DNA of 64,000 nucleotides from Klebsormidium nitens (lineage: Eukaryota; Plantae; Klebsormidiophyceae), in NCBI GenBank assembly GCA_000708835.1, contig DF236991.1, positions 124,001 through 188,000 on the forward strand, in the 5' to 3' direction. The translations under genes were made by a program, and so were the position numbers. Below the pieces are notes generated by a model, which had not been told where the DNA came from, did not search any database, and worked only from the letters and a program-made list of their open reading frames with translations. Below, one piece after another: positions 47,497 to 59,689 of this stretch (positions are counted from its first letter, which is position 1; each line of letters opens with the position of its first letter).

Positions 47497-50400
47497 ATGA
47501 CCAGCAACGAGGATGGGGCTGCAGATGCGCTTCTTGGGGAGCCCTCCTCTGAGCACGGGGCACCGGCCGTTGCAATATCCAAGCCTGACATGGAATTGAA
47601 GCAGCAAGCAGGGGGGCAGGACAATGTTATCCAGGTTGAGGGACCAGATGAGAGTTTGAGTGAGGGTTTGGCAGATAAGGAGGTTACGACGGAAGAAGGG
47701 CTGGACGGAGAAAAAGGACCTCTTTTAGCGGAAAGTAGGTCGATGGAAGCTGGGAGGGGAAAGGTCGGGGAGTCTGAGTTGATTGAGTGCAGGATATGCC
47801 AGGAGGAGGATGAATTGGCAAACTTGGACACGCCGTGCGCGTGCACTGGAAGCGTCAAGGTATGCGTTTTTGAGTTTCTTGAGTGAGTGGTTAGAAAAGT
47901 TAGCATCAGTCATGTTTCCTGCATACTTGCCATCGCTTACTTACAGCTGTCCTTGACATTACAATGGCCAGTAAAGGAATAATGTGGATTACTTTCCACA
48001 GAATAGTGGCTGCCTTGAACAAAGGAGCATTGGCAGCTGGCATGAGCTCGTTGGCGGCTTAGTATAAGACCTTGACGCAGGTATTACTGCTTCTGGGTAA
48101 CATTGTTTCGAGATGTCGACATTCATCAACCCGTCAAACTTGCGGGCGTTGGGGGAGCTCTTCTACAGGGCTCCTTTTGCACTTTTCTGAAATTCCCTGC
48201 TCAAAACTTCTTTCGCCACATTCTTGTAGGTTCGATGATTTTGTTTGCTGAATTGGTCGGTAGGATTGCTGACATACTTTCCATCTAGGTCTGTTGCAAA
48301 GTGTGCTCAGTTTTGGGAGAATTTGAAGGCTGTCTTCTCATTTCTTTGGTCTTGAGCCCAACTCTCACAAAAATCTGTATGCCATCGTAAAGTTTCCGGG
48401 CCTCCTCTTACGCAGTATGCGCACCCAAAGTGCGTCCAGCGGTGGTCAAATGAGAAGGGGGATGCAGTGTGCGAAATCTGCCATCAGGTATGCTTTGCGA
48501 AGTCAGGAGTCCCAATTGACTTGGAATTTTGTCCTTTTTGATCTTTTGAGGCTTCATTTTGCGAGCTCATATGTGGTATGGCCTTCCGGCCCTCGCAGAA
48601 CCCATCACTTCAGTCATTAACCTTCAATCGCTTAGATAGGTTATCAGATGAATTTACTTCAGGTCAGGCCGGGCCGCAAACCCTAATCTCTTAAGCAAGG
48701 CTCCTTGGGTATGCCATTGCGAAGTAGGGCTTGGGGTGCCTCAGTGTGGAGAAACCAGGCAGATGAAAGAGTACTGAATGAGCCTTCATGAGATAACCTT
48801 CCAAAAGACAGTCCTGAAGCCCGCTTTTTCACTGTGAACACCCGTAGATTCATGACCTGAGTAATCCGCCTCCACGTGCGCAAATCCATTACTTTGTCAA
48901 GCCCCCGTTCTGCGCTTGTCTTCATGTCCAATTGCCAGTATTTTTCCCTTGAATGATCAAATTCTTCCTCTTTTCTCAGCTTCCAGGGCCTTTTGTGGAG
49001 CACTACACCCCCAATTCGAAAGGTCCTGTATCGCTAACTCTACCCCTCTTCTTGTTGCAGCCGTATAAGGGTTATACCGCGGTTCCCCGACCCCCTCCCC
49101 AGGTCTCCGTGGCTCTGCCACTTGAATTCGCGTAAGTTCTTATGGTCTAGTGCCTTTTCCAGCCCCCAACTCTGAAAAATGTGGCGTCCTAAGTGGAGTC
49201 TATTGCTTTGCTTTTGCCTCCCTGTAACTTGCCTGTTACGGTCAGACTTCCCCTGTCAGGTTTGCTTCGCATCTGACCCTCGGACCCTCGGACTATATTG
49301 GAGGTCAAACAATTTGGGAGGACTCCTGGCAGACTTCTGACTCGGGTGGTTTCTTGCGTTCATTTTAGACGACTTGGTCAGAGGGTCTCGGCCAGAATAC
49401 GGTATCAACAAGGCAGTGTAGGTGCCGTCCCCGAAAGGTTCGGAGAATATATTTGCAGTTGCGATCGTGGAGAGTGCTAGACGCAATTGTCCCTTCAGAG
49501 CAAGAGCGTCTCTCTGTGAAGTTTGCCAACACTTGGTGTAGGTGCAAATGATCTGGGTAGCATAGGCTGGTCAATGTTGCAGCTAATGAGGGGCTAGGAC
49601 GGTCAGTTGGTCCACCCCCTCGTCTGTAAGGTCAACCCGTAATCCTCTCCCTATTCAGCAGGTTGTTTGCTTGCTAACGCTACTGGGTTTGGCCGTGGGC
49701 ACAGGGTTGTTTGCATGCTAACCCTCTTGGGTTTGGCTCTACTCAGCGAGTTCTCTCCTCGCTGATCCTCTCCGGTCATCGACCCAGAAGTTGACTCTGC
49801 AATCTGCAGTGACGACTGGGCTATTGAGCACTTGGACAGTTGGCCACAACTGACGATTCACCAACTTGTCGCGTACGTATGTTTAACACGTAACCTGGCC
49901 CCCACTCAACGGGTCGTCTGCATGCGAACCCGGTCGTGCTCTTTAACTCAGATATCAAATTTGCAACGTGCAGTGACGACTGGGCGCTTGCGGGGCAGCG
50001 GTTGAGCGACCCCCGGTTGCTCCACCAGTACACTCTCGACGTAGACTACAACGAATATGAGGGGCATGCGAGCACGACTGCCTGGTGCAGATCGGCCGCT
50101 TTGATTGTGAGTTGATGGCCCCCCTCAGCTGTATCGTTTTGCCTTGCTTTTTGCTTTTTGTGTCCCTTGCCGATGTTCTGGTCTGCGGCTTTCCTATGGG
50201 CCCGTGAGTTGCAAGGTGAGAGGTCAGGTGCAGATAGGGCGCTCTGAACCCGTAATCAGCCACTTCTCATAGGTGGCTCTGAAATGTTTGATCTCACTCT
50301 CGGGTTGCTTTCTTGATACACCTTTGCTGCTGGCAAATGTTAGTTGTGAAGCCAATGACGAGGCAGAAGAGTCGTAACAGCGCTTTTCCAAAAACCGACT

Positions 50401-51450
50401 TCAATCCCTGACACCTAAACTGCACCGATTGCGTTTCTCGGGCTGACTCGTGGGAGTTCTGATACTTTGGGCGCAACAATCTTTGGCAGGAGCGTCCAAA
50501 GCCAAGTCAAAGAGTTTGACAACTCTTGCCTTAACTCCTGAAATACTTTGCGCGCACGTCGTTTCGCTGCCCCTGCACTGGGTGTACTGAGAACTGCGGA
50601 TTATTGGGACGGTTGTTTGATTTTGAAGATGAACATGATTTTGCAGTCCTGCTCTCGCGCTTGCGTTCTTGAAATCTGAAGGGGTGCCTCTTTGTGCTGC
50701 AGTTCATGGCGTTGCTTCTACTGCGCCACGCACTGGGAATGATTGCAGCGGGGGCGGACGACGACGATGAGACTCCAGCCATCTTCACGGTCTTCCTCTT
50801 AAAGGCGATCGGGTTTATCCTCCCGTGCTACATCATGGCACGCGCAATCAGTGTCGCACAGCAGAGGCGTCAGCAGCAGGTGAGATACTGATTCTGTATG
50901 CGAGTCGAGGTGTGCTTGTTTGACGTGTAGTGATAGTCTTCTCCTTGTAAAAGAAAAGCGGCCTGACTGAGGGTCAGTTGCCTTCCAGGCCTCAAGATGA
51001 GTGGATTGACGGCCCGTTTTTTTAAGAGGAGTTGCCTGTAAATCTTCCCGACGATGGGTGAAAGCAGGGGGTTTTGAGTCTGAAGGCAGAACGGCAGTAA
51101 GTCAACTTGGATTGTTTCGTTGTTTCGTTCATGGGTTTGTTCCTGACGAGCAGTGCTAAAAACGAACTGTAGTAAACCTTCTATCAGAGTCTTGACAGCT
51201 CTAGAAGAGTACGGGAGGCTTCCCAAACCAAGTCACATGCCTGATGCAAGCTCAACCATAGGACCCTCCTCCTAAAATTGGACCTAGGTGCTCCTTCGAT
51301 GTCGCACACTTGAGCTTGCCTGAGCTTCTAACCTCTGGTTTTTTGTGGCCTGTTATCCAGGATGCGATGGCTTACTTTGTACAGCAAGGACACGTGCGGG
51401 GAGTTCCGATCGTGGTGGCTCCGAGGAGGCTACCTGAAGGCGTTGTGTAA
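47497..51450 (+). CDS. RING-CH (C4HC3, MARCH-type) E3 ubiquitin ligase with DUF3675-like region and two TM helices
   Basis: Exons 47497-47859, 48416-48487, 49061-49131, 49974-50106, 50703-50879 and 51361-51450 are all phase-consistent. Motif CRICQEEDELANLDTPCACTGSVKYAHPKCVQRWSNEKGDAVCEIC is followed by DPRLL...WCRSAALIFMALLLLRHAL...GFILPCYIMARA, typical of this plant family. Confidence 0.93.
49795..49870 (+). repeat. Decoy copy of RING exon-4 acceptor and start
   Basis: TGCAATCTGCAG|TGACGACTGGGCT (pseudo-start 49810) vs true TGCAACGTGCAG|TGACGACTGGGCG (49974), 164 bp apart. Fainter copies lie near 49365 and 49575. Confidence 0.85.
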
Positions 51451-51509
51451 AGTATTTGTAAGTGTTAGGGTCTGCCGGGTGCTTCGCATGAAAAGTGTCA
51501 AATCTTGGA

Positions 51510-51582
51510 GAAAGAGTTGTCGGCTGAATGAAGTCTTTAGGTCTACTAGAGTTGTCGACCGAACGAAGTCTTTAGGTCTATG
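51510..51582. repeat. Approx. 35-bp tandem duplication in the RING 3' region
   Basis: GAGTTGTCG..GAA(T/C)GAAGTCTTTAGGTCTA occurs twice in tandem. Confidence 0.8.
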
Positions 51583-52915
51583 ATATTGTAGGACGAGTTG
51601 CTGTATGATGGGTCTCTTTGTAGTCCCAATCGTGTTGTCTGCACACTGCTGCCCAAAAACTGTCGTGATTTTGGGCATTGAGCCCGTGTATTTACTGATG
51701 CTGTTAAGCAAAATACCTGTATTGCGTGTTTGTCTTCCGGCCAGCCGCTAACCAATGGAAAAAAGTCTGGAGAAAGGGTCACCTTTTTGATCATGGTATA
51801 CCTTGCTAGCTGCCTTAATTGTACTGCCATTTACTCGTCAGAACGGCGCCGCGTGAGCTTATAGCCGGGGTGCACAGGCTGCCCGCTGATGCAAGGTATC
51901 TGGGCGATCATCCACTCCCAGTCAATCGGATCACTGAACATACCATTGTACCGCGTCACACTATACTGCCGGGCCTATAAAGTAGCATATGAGTCTGACC
52001 CGCGTGCCAAGCATGGATTCTGTAGGTGCGCTAGTTCAACTCTCAGCGTCGCATGTCCTGACGTACATGTACCGTCGATTGACGTATATATTGAGTCAGT
52101 GACTATATGGTATAATAGTATGTCAGGCTGCCGTAGTTCAGGCCCTAGGTATACTATATATATACTCGCTCATATATGATCATTGTATACAATAATGTGA
52201 TCCTCAATCATTGCTGGCATGTATGATGTACGAGACATTTTCATTCATCCTCGAGTCAGTCCGCCGGACCATTGAATGAACAGTCATAATTTGAGCACTG
52301 CAGCTATATACTAGCTAGCTATATAACATTGATTTGGCGATTCTACGCATACGGTTGCCAGGTTTTGCCAAATGCGACGGTCCAACTTTGTACTCGGAGA
52401 ATGCAATCCTTCCGCTTGACAAATCAGTCACTAAGGGACTACTACTAACTCTAGCCTGCCAGTTTTCTGAAACAGTTACACCAGACTGATTGAAAGCATG
52501 AGCCATTTTCCCCAACAACACACTACTCATTGCCCGCATGGCTGTCCAACACTCAGGAAAACGTGTATCAATGGAACTTCAACCAGATCTTTTATGGACA
52601 CATATCTAGACTGTACATGAGCCTAGCCCCAACGGCACAGCATACTGCTGTAGCATAGGGATGACATTGATACCTTACCCCCCAGGCTTCGTATCCAATG
52701 TATCTACGATTGAGCATGGCTCACTTTTCACTTCAAATATCTTTTCTCCTTCCTTTCCTCTCTTTGAGTCCGTCTAAACTGATGCCCGGAGGCAAGTGCT
52801 TGTACGGCGTCCCACCCTGAACGAAAGGATTAGATGATTGTTCAGAGTGTGCCAAAATACCATGTCAAAGAACTTGACAACTCGAACCTTGTGATTTTTG
52901 TGCATCTTGTGAGTG

Positions 52916-54481
52916 TCAATGGTCCAGAATAGCACCATGGTCAACTGCAAAATAAATCCTGCGGGAACAAGTTAAAGTTAAAAGAGATCCAAAGCAACAC
53001 CAGAACTTCCAGGTGAGTCCTGACGTGTTTCTTACCTGAGCAATCTCTTCGCTCCCAGCTTTGTCTATCAAGAAGATGTCGGTAAAATACTTCCAGGTAC
53101 AGCCAACGATCACCACCACAAGAAAGAGCAGATACCAACCCCAGTGCATACTATATCGTTCTTCGGCATACATGTTGGCACCGGTTGGACTTCTGAGGGT
53201 AGAAGTGCTGTTGGCCAGAATCTGCATGAAAAGTTTTGTTGTCGAAGGTCTTTCCTCAAACTCCACAATCACAATTCTATGCGAACCGGTGGTAGAAAGC
53301 CTAGTCAAGATCAAGCCACAAGCCCTTGATTATGCTAGCAGGTTGGTAGAGAATCGAAGTTAATGGTAACCCGCTAGGAGCGTAAGGTGAGGGATAAATG
53401 GGCCTCACAGAGAGTTTTTCAAGCTTGTCATAGCATTCCGGAAGTAACGAGAACTTTGTACTAATGTCCGTGGTCTGACTAATTCCTTTTATCATTCTCA
53501 TGTTCCAGTGCAACAACTCACAGTCTTTCGAGCGGTTTTAAGGATGCGGAGCCAACTGCAAAGCTTATCTTGTAGTAGTGATCCAAGTCAAGTTGAGGGC
53601 AGGACAGTACTCGAATGCAGGCAATGCGGACAGCAGAAAACTGCAGTGCAACCTGTCTGGTTAACCAACCCGTATGTCATCATCATCGTACTCACCAAGA
53701 GTATATGTCTACACTTCGATCATGTGAATGTATATGACAATGGAGTCAAGCATCTGAGTGCAGGAGGATCACCATTATTGATTGGTGAGACGGGTGCTCT
53801 CTCTGCCGGTGTTTTATCCTCCTTCGCTTCCAAGGTGACCAGAAGCACAATGGTCTCAGGGGTCGTCTAAACACCTCTGAAACATGCTTGGGAAGGCAAT
53901 CTTACCTGGGAAAAAAAAAGCTCAATGCACCGGCACTTTTTGCGAAGGACGTAGACCCCCGTTAAGTTGTCTCTACACTCCGTCTGACGTGCAGAACAAC
54001 CCCCCAGAATTTGATCAGGGTGGCTTGAATGGATTGAGGGAAAATTGTTTCCTCGAGGCCTTTCCTACCAACAGTGGCAATGGCAATGTGCCAGATGTCT
54101 AGAGAATGTGCATTGTGGACTAAAAATTGCAGTTTCTTCAACTTTCCAGGCCTGTAAGGAGGGATTCCGTTGGCGTTCCGTTCCTTGGTTTCCGGACCAC
54201 TGCCACTCACACACGTACAGCCCGCCTGATTCTCATCTGCGTGACCAAATATGTCGCCAAGTTGAGTGAGAATTGAGCTTCCGCTTCTGTTCCGGCCGCA
54301 TCCTTTCAAGTTTAAATTCCGTGGGGAAAATAGCAAACGGAATCAAGGCACCAACGGAACGACAGTGCCAGATGGCGGAATCTGCAGCATGCAGACTGAG
54401 AAAGGAGCCCTGCTGACGAGTGTTCAAGTTCAACTTCAATGTTTGCTGTGCAGAGCCTACTGCCTCGCTAGGTGGATCCAT
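52916..54481 (-). pseudogene. Interrupted multi-fragment coding remnant of unknown family, head-to-head with the SMP-30-like gene
   Basis: Protein-like ORF pieces at 53962-54336 and 52916-53314 (hydrophobic WGWYLLFLVVVIVGCTW), with intervening stops. Confidence 0.3.
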
Positions 54482-54561
54482 ACCGTCTCTCTGTTTGAAG
54501 AGAAGAGGTTGACCAGCTTTTGCAGACCCAAGCGTTCAGCATTGTCAGGAGCCTGCCCACA

Positions 54562-57500
54562 ATGGCGGCTTTTTCTGTGTCAAAATTCTCAGTCAGTGCG
54601 TTTGTAGTGCTGATCACCTTGTCGTCAATCCATGCAACGGCAGCCAAGAAGGGCCCTGTGAAGAGGATTTGGTACAAAGCACCCGACCTCTACCCTGAGG
54701 GGGTATCCTACGAAGCGAAGCATGATCAGTTCCTAGTCAGCTCGCTCCGAACCCCGTGCATAACGGCAGTCAAGGAAGATGGAAGCTTTAACACGTTTGT
54801 CTGTGACCCAGAGTTCGAGGGAAAGTTGGTCCTGGGGGTGAGAGTGGACGAGCCGAGAAACAGGGTGGTTGCAGCAGTTTCCTCGATGTCTCCAGATGAA
54901 ATCTACGCCGCTGTGGTCGGGTATGATCTGGACACTGCTGACAGGGTGCTGTTCACGAGGCTGGATGAGGTTACTCCGGAGCCCTTGGGAGACCCCGAAG
55001 ACTCGGATTATTTGAAGCCCCCGGCTGTGGCAAATGATGTTGCCATTGATGCAAAAGGTGGGGGATAGAATGGAAGGGGTAGAAAGTCACCCTCAGATGG
55101 ACCTGTGCATGGAAAGAAGGGAAGGATGTGCATGCACAGATGCATGCAGTCAGCATTTACCAATTGTGGTTCAAATGGACTTATTCACGAAGTTTTGATT
55201 GGTTTCAAGCATCAGCTTTCATAGCCAGCTTTCTTGGGTTAAAATGTGGTGAGCATTCTTGCAGTGCCTTTTCGTTGGCAGCACGCGCTGCATGATGGTT
55301 TCAGAATCAATCACAAGTTACTGGCTGGGGATTTGTTGCTACGAAGGGTTGGCAAACTTCAGGGGATCGCGATCGGTGGAGTCACATTGAGGATGTCATC
55401 AAGCTGTGGCAGTGTTTTCGATTCAATTGATGATGCATTCCTGGGGAGAATTACCTCCGCCTTAGTCTGGGACAATATTTTCAGTTGCAATGAGGGTGAT
55501 GCCACACACAAGGAGGTGCCATTTTTCTGAAACTAGCACAAAAAGCTCAACCCCTTTCAGCATGGGGTATCTTATGATCAAGTGGCCACGACTAGAGCTG
55601 CGCACTTTAAGAGGAACCAAAGTTCCTTCCTTGGAGGATGGTAATCAGAGCGGTCCAAATTGAGGCATCCCAGACTGATGTCTTCCAGTAGTGTTTGCAG
55701 TGCCGTTCACAGTCCATGGCTTGATTTTGTTTAACTAACATCTGGAATTGATATCACCATGACATAGATGTATTGGGACAAGAAAAATAGAGTTCCTTGG
55801 GAAGCGGGACTCATTGGTCCTTAATCACATGAAAACCCTAATAACCAAAAACCCTCGAATCTTAAACTGTCTGTGTACGGCCCATCCTGCAGGCAACCTC
55901 TATGTAACCAACACCCTGGGCAACTCAATCTGGAAAGTGGGAACGGACGGCGCAGCATCAGTCCTGACAGCGGACCCCTTGTTCTCATCCCTGCCCAACG
56001 TCTACCAGGTGAGCTGATCACTGAATCCGTTCTGAGCTTTTTTACCTTGCAAACAGGTTGACCGAGGCACTTTTTAGGAGAGCAGGGAACGTGTTGACCT
56101 AGCATTTTGCGCTGTGGTTGCTTTCAGAAGAAGAACCTTGTTTGGCGGGTCAAGCTCTTATCGAAGCCTTGCAATCAAGGCATGGGGCAAAATGCCAGTT
56201 GAGCGGCACAGCCTGTATTGAAAGGGCATATGCATTTGTATTGAACTCTGCATCCCAATGGAGATTTAGAGAAGAACTTCGTAAGAGTGCTATCTGCTAT
56301 TTCTGCAGGTCCCAGACCTTGGAGCAGTGGGTCTGAACGGCATCGAGTACCACCCCAAGGGATTCCTCCTGGTCGGTCACACGAGCGCAGGGGCCCTTTT
56401 TAAGGTATGTCTCTTGACCTTATCACTTCGTTCTGCTACACATCTCCCAATCTGGACCGCACGATGGAGTGAAACCTTTCTTCCTTGTTGCTTGGTTGTA
56501 CGCATGACCACTTTCCTTTCACTTCATAAAGAAGTGCCAAATCAGGCTTTGATCTGGTAAGATAAGAAGGTCTCTGACAAATCGGGTCACACTATGGTCC
56601 AAAAACCTGGGTTTTGGAAATCTCAACTCGTCCAAAATATTTTTTTCGAGGAGTTGGTGGTTTGGTTTGGCAATGCCTTCTAGGATCCCAACGATTGAGC
56701 ACGATGCCGGTAACAGCCTGTGATACCAATGCAAATGGGCGCAAGCTCATCAAAAAGACTTTTCCGCACGTCATGTCCCTTACCTGCTTCCATCAGTGCT
56801 CATTCGCCCCTCGCCGCCCCGTTGTGGAATCCTTTCTAAAAACCTCAAAATCTTGCTGGCCACTTAGCTGTACTTCATCACATTGGATTCCACTTTACTT
56901 TCCTCCACCTTCAGCAGCACTCGCTTCAGTTCTGGGTAAACTTTTATCACCCTTCGGTGGACGGCATTTTTAAGGGGATGAAGCTTCCCCTCAATTGCAT
57001 GCTCCAGTTCATGATGTCACTACAAACGACCTTCAAGGTAACCTTAATTGAACAAAGTCAATTCTTCGAAGTCACTTTCTCCTTCAGTTGCGCCGTCATT
57101 TTCTTGTGTGCAAACGAAGACAAAATGTTTCATTTCGGAATGGTGAAGACAGTCGCTTTCAAACGTGTTGCCCCAATCGAAAGAGGAACGAGTTCAAAGT
57201 CAACCCCTTTTTTCATCTCGCTTTCTCCCTCTTCAGTACCGGCGTCATCCCTCAATACTTGCTTTTGCGAGACTTACTACCGAAAGTCTTTGCAAGACCA
57301 TTGAAAATCTTTGCAAGACCAGTGCGGGAGCGGACATTTGTTCTGTTGAACCTTGTTTCGGATTTTGGTATGCAATCAACTTCGAACGACGTGATGTAAC
57401 TAACTTGAAATTTTCATTAGGGGTACTTTCTCCTTCTTCAGTGTGCTGTCATTGTCTTGGCGGTAAATCTCGACGAGATTATCCTAGTCGGACGGCTTTT

Positions 57501-59174
57501 TCTTGAGACAAGCAAATGCGTCTGATCTCTCACCTCCCAAGAATACTGGGTTCACTTTGACCCAAAAGCTCATTCCTCCAGGTTATTATCTTCTTTCGTG
57601 ATCAGCGCTGGTACATCTTTTTTCTTCATCAGCAGGTTCACATCTCCGTGGTATACCTCGACAAGACCATCCCAAAATGTTTACGGCGTTTTCTTGGGAC
57701 AGTATTTCTCTGTTGGATTTGGTGAAAGGACTCGAGTCCCAACGACACTGGGCTAACTGTAGGCCACACTCATCTTCGTTTCCCCAGGTGATTTTCTCCC
57801 TCTTCAGCACCGCTGTCACTGTCTCTCAGATGCGACCAACCCAGGAGTGGACGGGAGTCTCCCTCTTCGCAATTGTGAACGCATCGCCATCCTATATGTC
57901 CCCCTAGACGCCCATGTGTAACACCAAAAGTTATTCCCCTCTTTATTCCAGGTCACATTTTCCTTCTTCAGCACCGCCGTCACTGTTTCGGTAGTAAACT
58001 TTGACCACACCATACCGGGAGTCGACGGCTTTTCCCTTAGGACACATATCCTCTTTCAGACCTCGTAAAAAGACTCAATTCTTAATGACACTTTGAAGTT
58101 AAACCCAATTTCATTGCTCTTTCAGGTCACTTTCTCCCTCTTCAGCACCGCCGTTACTGTCTCGGTAGTAAACCTCGACGAGACCATTCCGGGAGTGGAC
58201 GGCATCGTCCTGCGGCCCGACGGAAAGCTCGTGGCCGCGAGCGTCTTTGGCATCCACCTCGTGGAAAGCAACGTGAGGGCCTCCTCTTATGTTTCTTCGG
58301 TTGGTTCTTTGTTGTGCTCGAGAAGTTTTCCTTGTCTATCATGTCTGTTCTTTGGAAAGTTGACTTACACATTCAACGGCAGACCAGTCGACGAATCTGC
58401 AAACAGGGGGCCTGTCCGGTTGGCGGTACGAGAATGATCGCCCGTGGCACTGACTTCAGTGTAGCGTTGATTATCAGAGTGTTGATCAGATTGCAATCTG
58501 GTGGGATACTCGTTTCTAAAGTGTCGGCCCCAAAGACCGCCAACAAGTCACAAGTCTTTGGAGTGTCTCAGATGCAGAGCTCTGGACTCAAAAGACTGCC
58601 GACAATTACAGGTTATGGAGTGTTTTCCGGATGCAAGAGTTTCGGACTGTGAGGTTGTGGAGTGGCCGCTGACGTAATGCTTGAGATATGCAGTCGTTTG
58701 CGCATTTCCAGACGTCAAATCCAAAAGTTGAGGTACAAACACTGCTCAGCGCAATTCAAGAGCTTCGGGTTACCTTAGTGAGTCGGTTAACTTCGTTAAC
58801 CTTCTGATTCTCTCGTTGACCTTGTTTTCTGCCAGGACAACTGGGCCTCGGCCAAGCTAGTCGAGACCGTCTCGCTCAAGTCCTCAGAGCCGGCAACTGC
58901 GATCACACTAAAAGACGGGCTCGTGTATGCGAACCTCGGCCAAGTCCACAAGCTCCGGGCGGGCAAGTCGAACAAGTGGTTCGAGCTCCGTTTGATCGAG
59001 TTCCAATCGGACGCCAAGAGTAAGCCTAAGAGTAAGCCCACCGCCGCAAGGGCTGCCAAGAAGGGTGCGAAAAGCACACAGAGCGCGGTTCCGGTGGTTT
59101 TGATCTCCGGGGGGTTGCTGGCGCTTCTGGCGCTCGCGCTGGCGAAGGACAAGAAGGGGGCGAAGCATCATTGA
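54562..59174 (+). CDS. SMP-30/gluconolactonase-NHL type beta-propeller (plant calcium-dependent phosphotriesterase superfamily), with signal peptide and C-terminal hydrophobic segment
   Basis: Exons 54562-55057, 55893-56008, 56309-56404, 58126-58272 and 58836-59174 are phase-consistent. Motifs include APDLYPEGVSY, VANDVAIDAKGNLYVTN, GLNGIEYHPKGFLLVGHT and GVDGIVLRPDG. Confidence 0.9.
56890..58125 (+). repeat. About seven decaying copies of acceptor + start of exon 58126
   Basis: Pseudo-starts at about 56895, 57071, 57217, 57421, 57582, 57788 and 57952 share a TTTCTCC(C/T)TCTTCAG-CACCGCCGT-like core. Similarity is highest next to the true exon. Confidence 0.88.
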
Positions 59175-59689
59175 TGCGGGGCGGGCATGTAGGTTATAGA
59201 GACTAACCTAGAGAGCGTAGACCGTTTTTGATGGTCAAGTCCCGATTTCGAGGACCGCGCATATTGCCATGCTTGATGACGTCATAGGCACGGGTAGGGG
59301 ACGCTCGAGAGTAGAAGAGTTAGTTGCAGTCCGGCATCTATGTGTATTGATGTACATACGTCGTCCTGAGAGCGTGCTTCACTCACAAAGTTTTTCTCGT
59401 TAGTCCCTCCACAACCATCTTTGATATCCGACTGAAGCAACCGGACCAACGGCTTGCAGTAGGGTGGCCTGCTCTTGGCGCATATGCATTGCCAGGCTGA
59501 GCGCGAGCCTCGGAGTTAGCGTTTTTTCGTGGCACGCAGTTCGTTGCACGTTTGAAGTTGGTCGGAATCATAGAGATACGGATCGTTAAGGGATGTTTAG
59601 CCGGGATGTTGATCCAGACATGTTCAAACTCAATCTCTGAATGGTAAGCTGTTCAATTCATTGAATCTGAGATAAGACGGTTTTATTAA

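Noticed and set aside
47193-47906. 237-aa minus ORF and similar long antisense ORFs (e.g. 41486-41809, 53508-53870, 58796-59171)
   Set aside because: They are antisense shadows of real or probable coding exons on the opposite strand.
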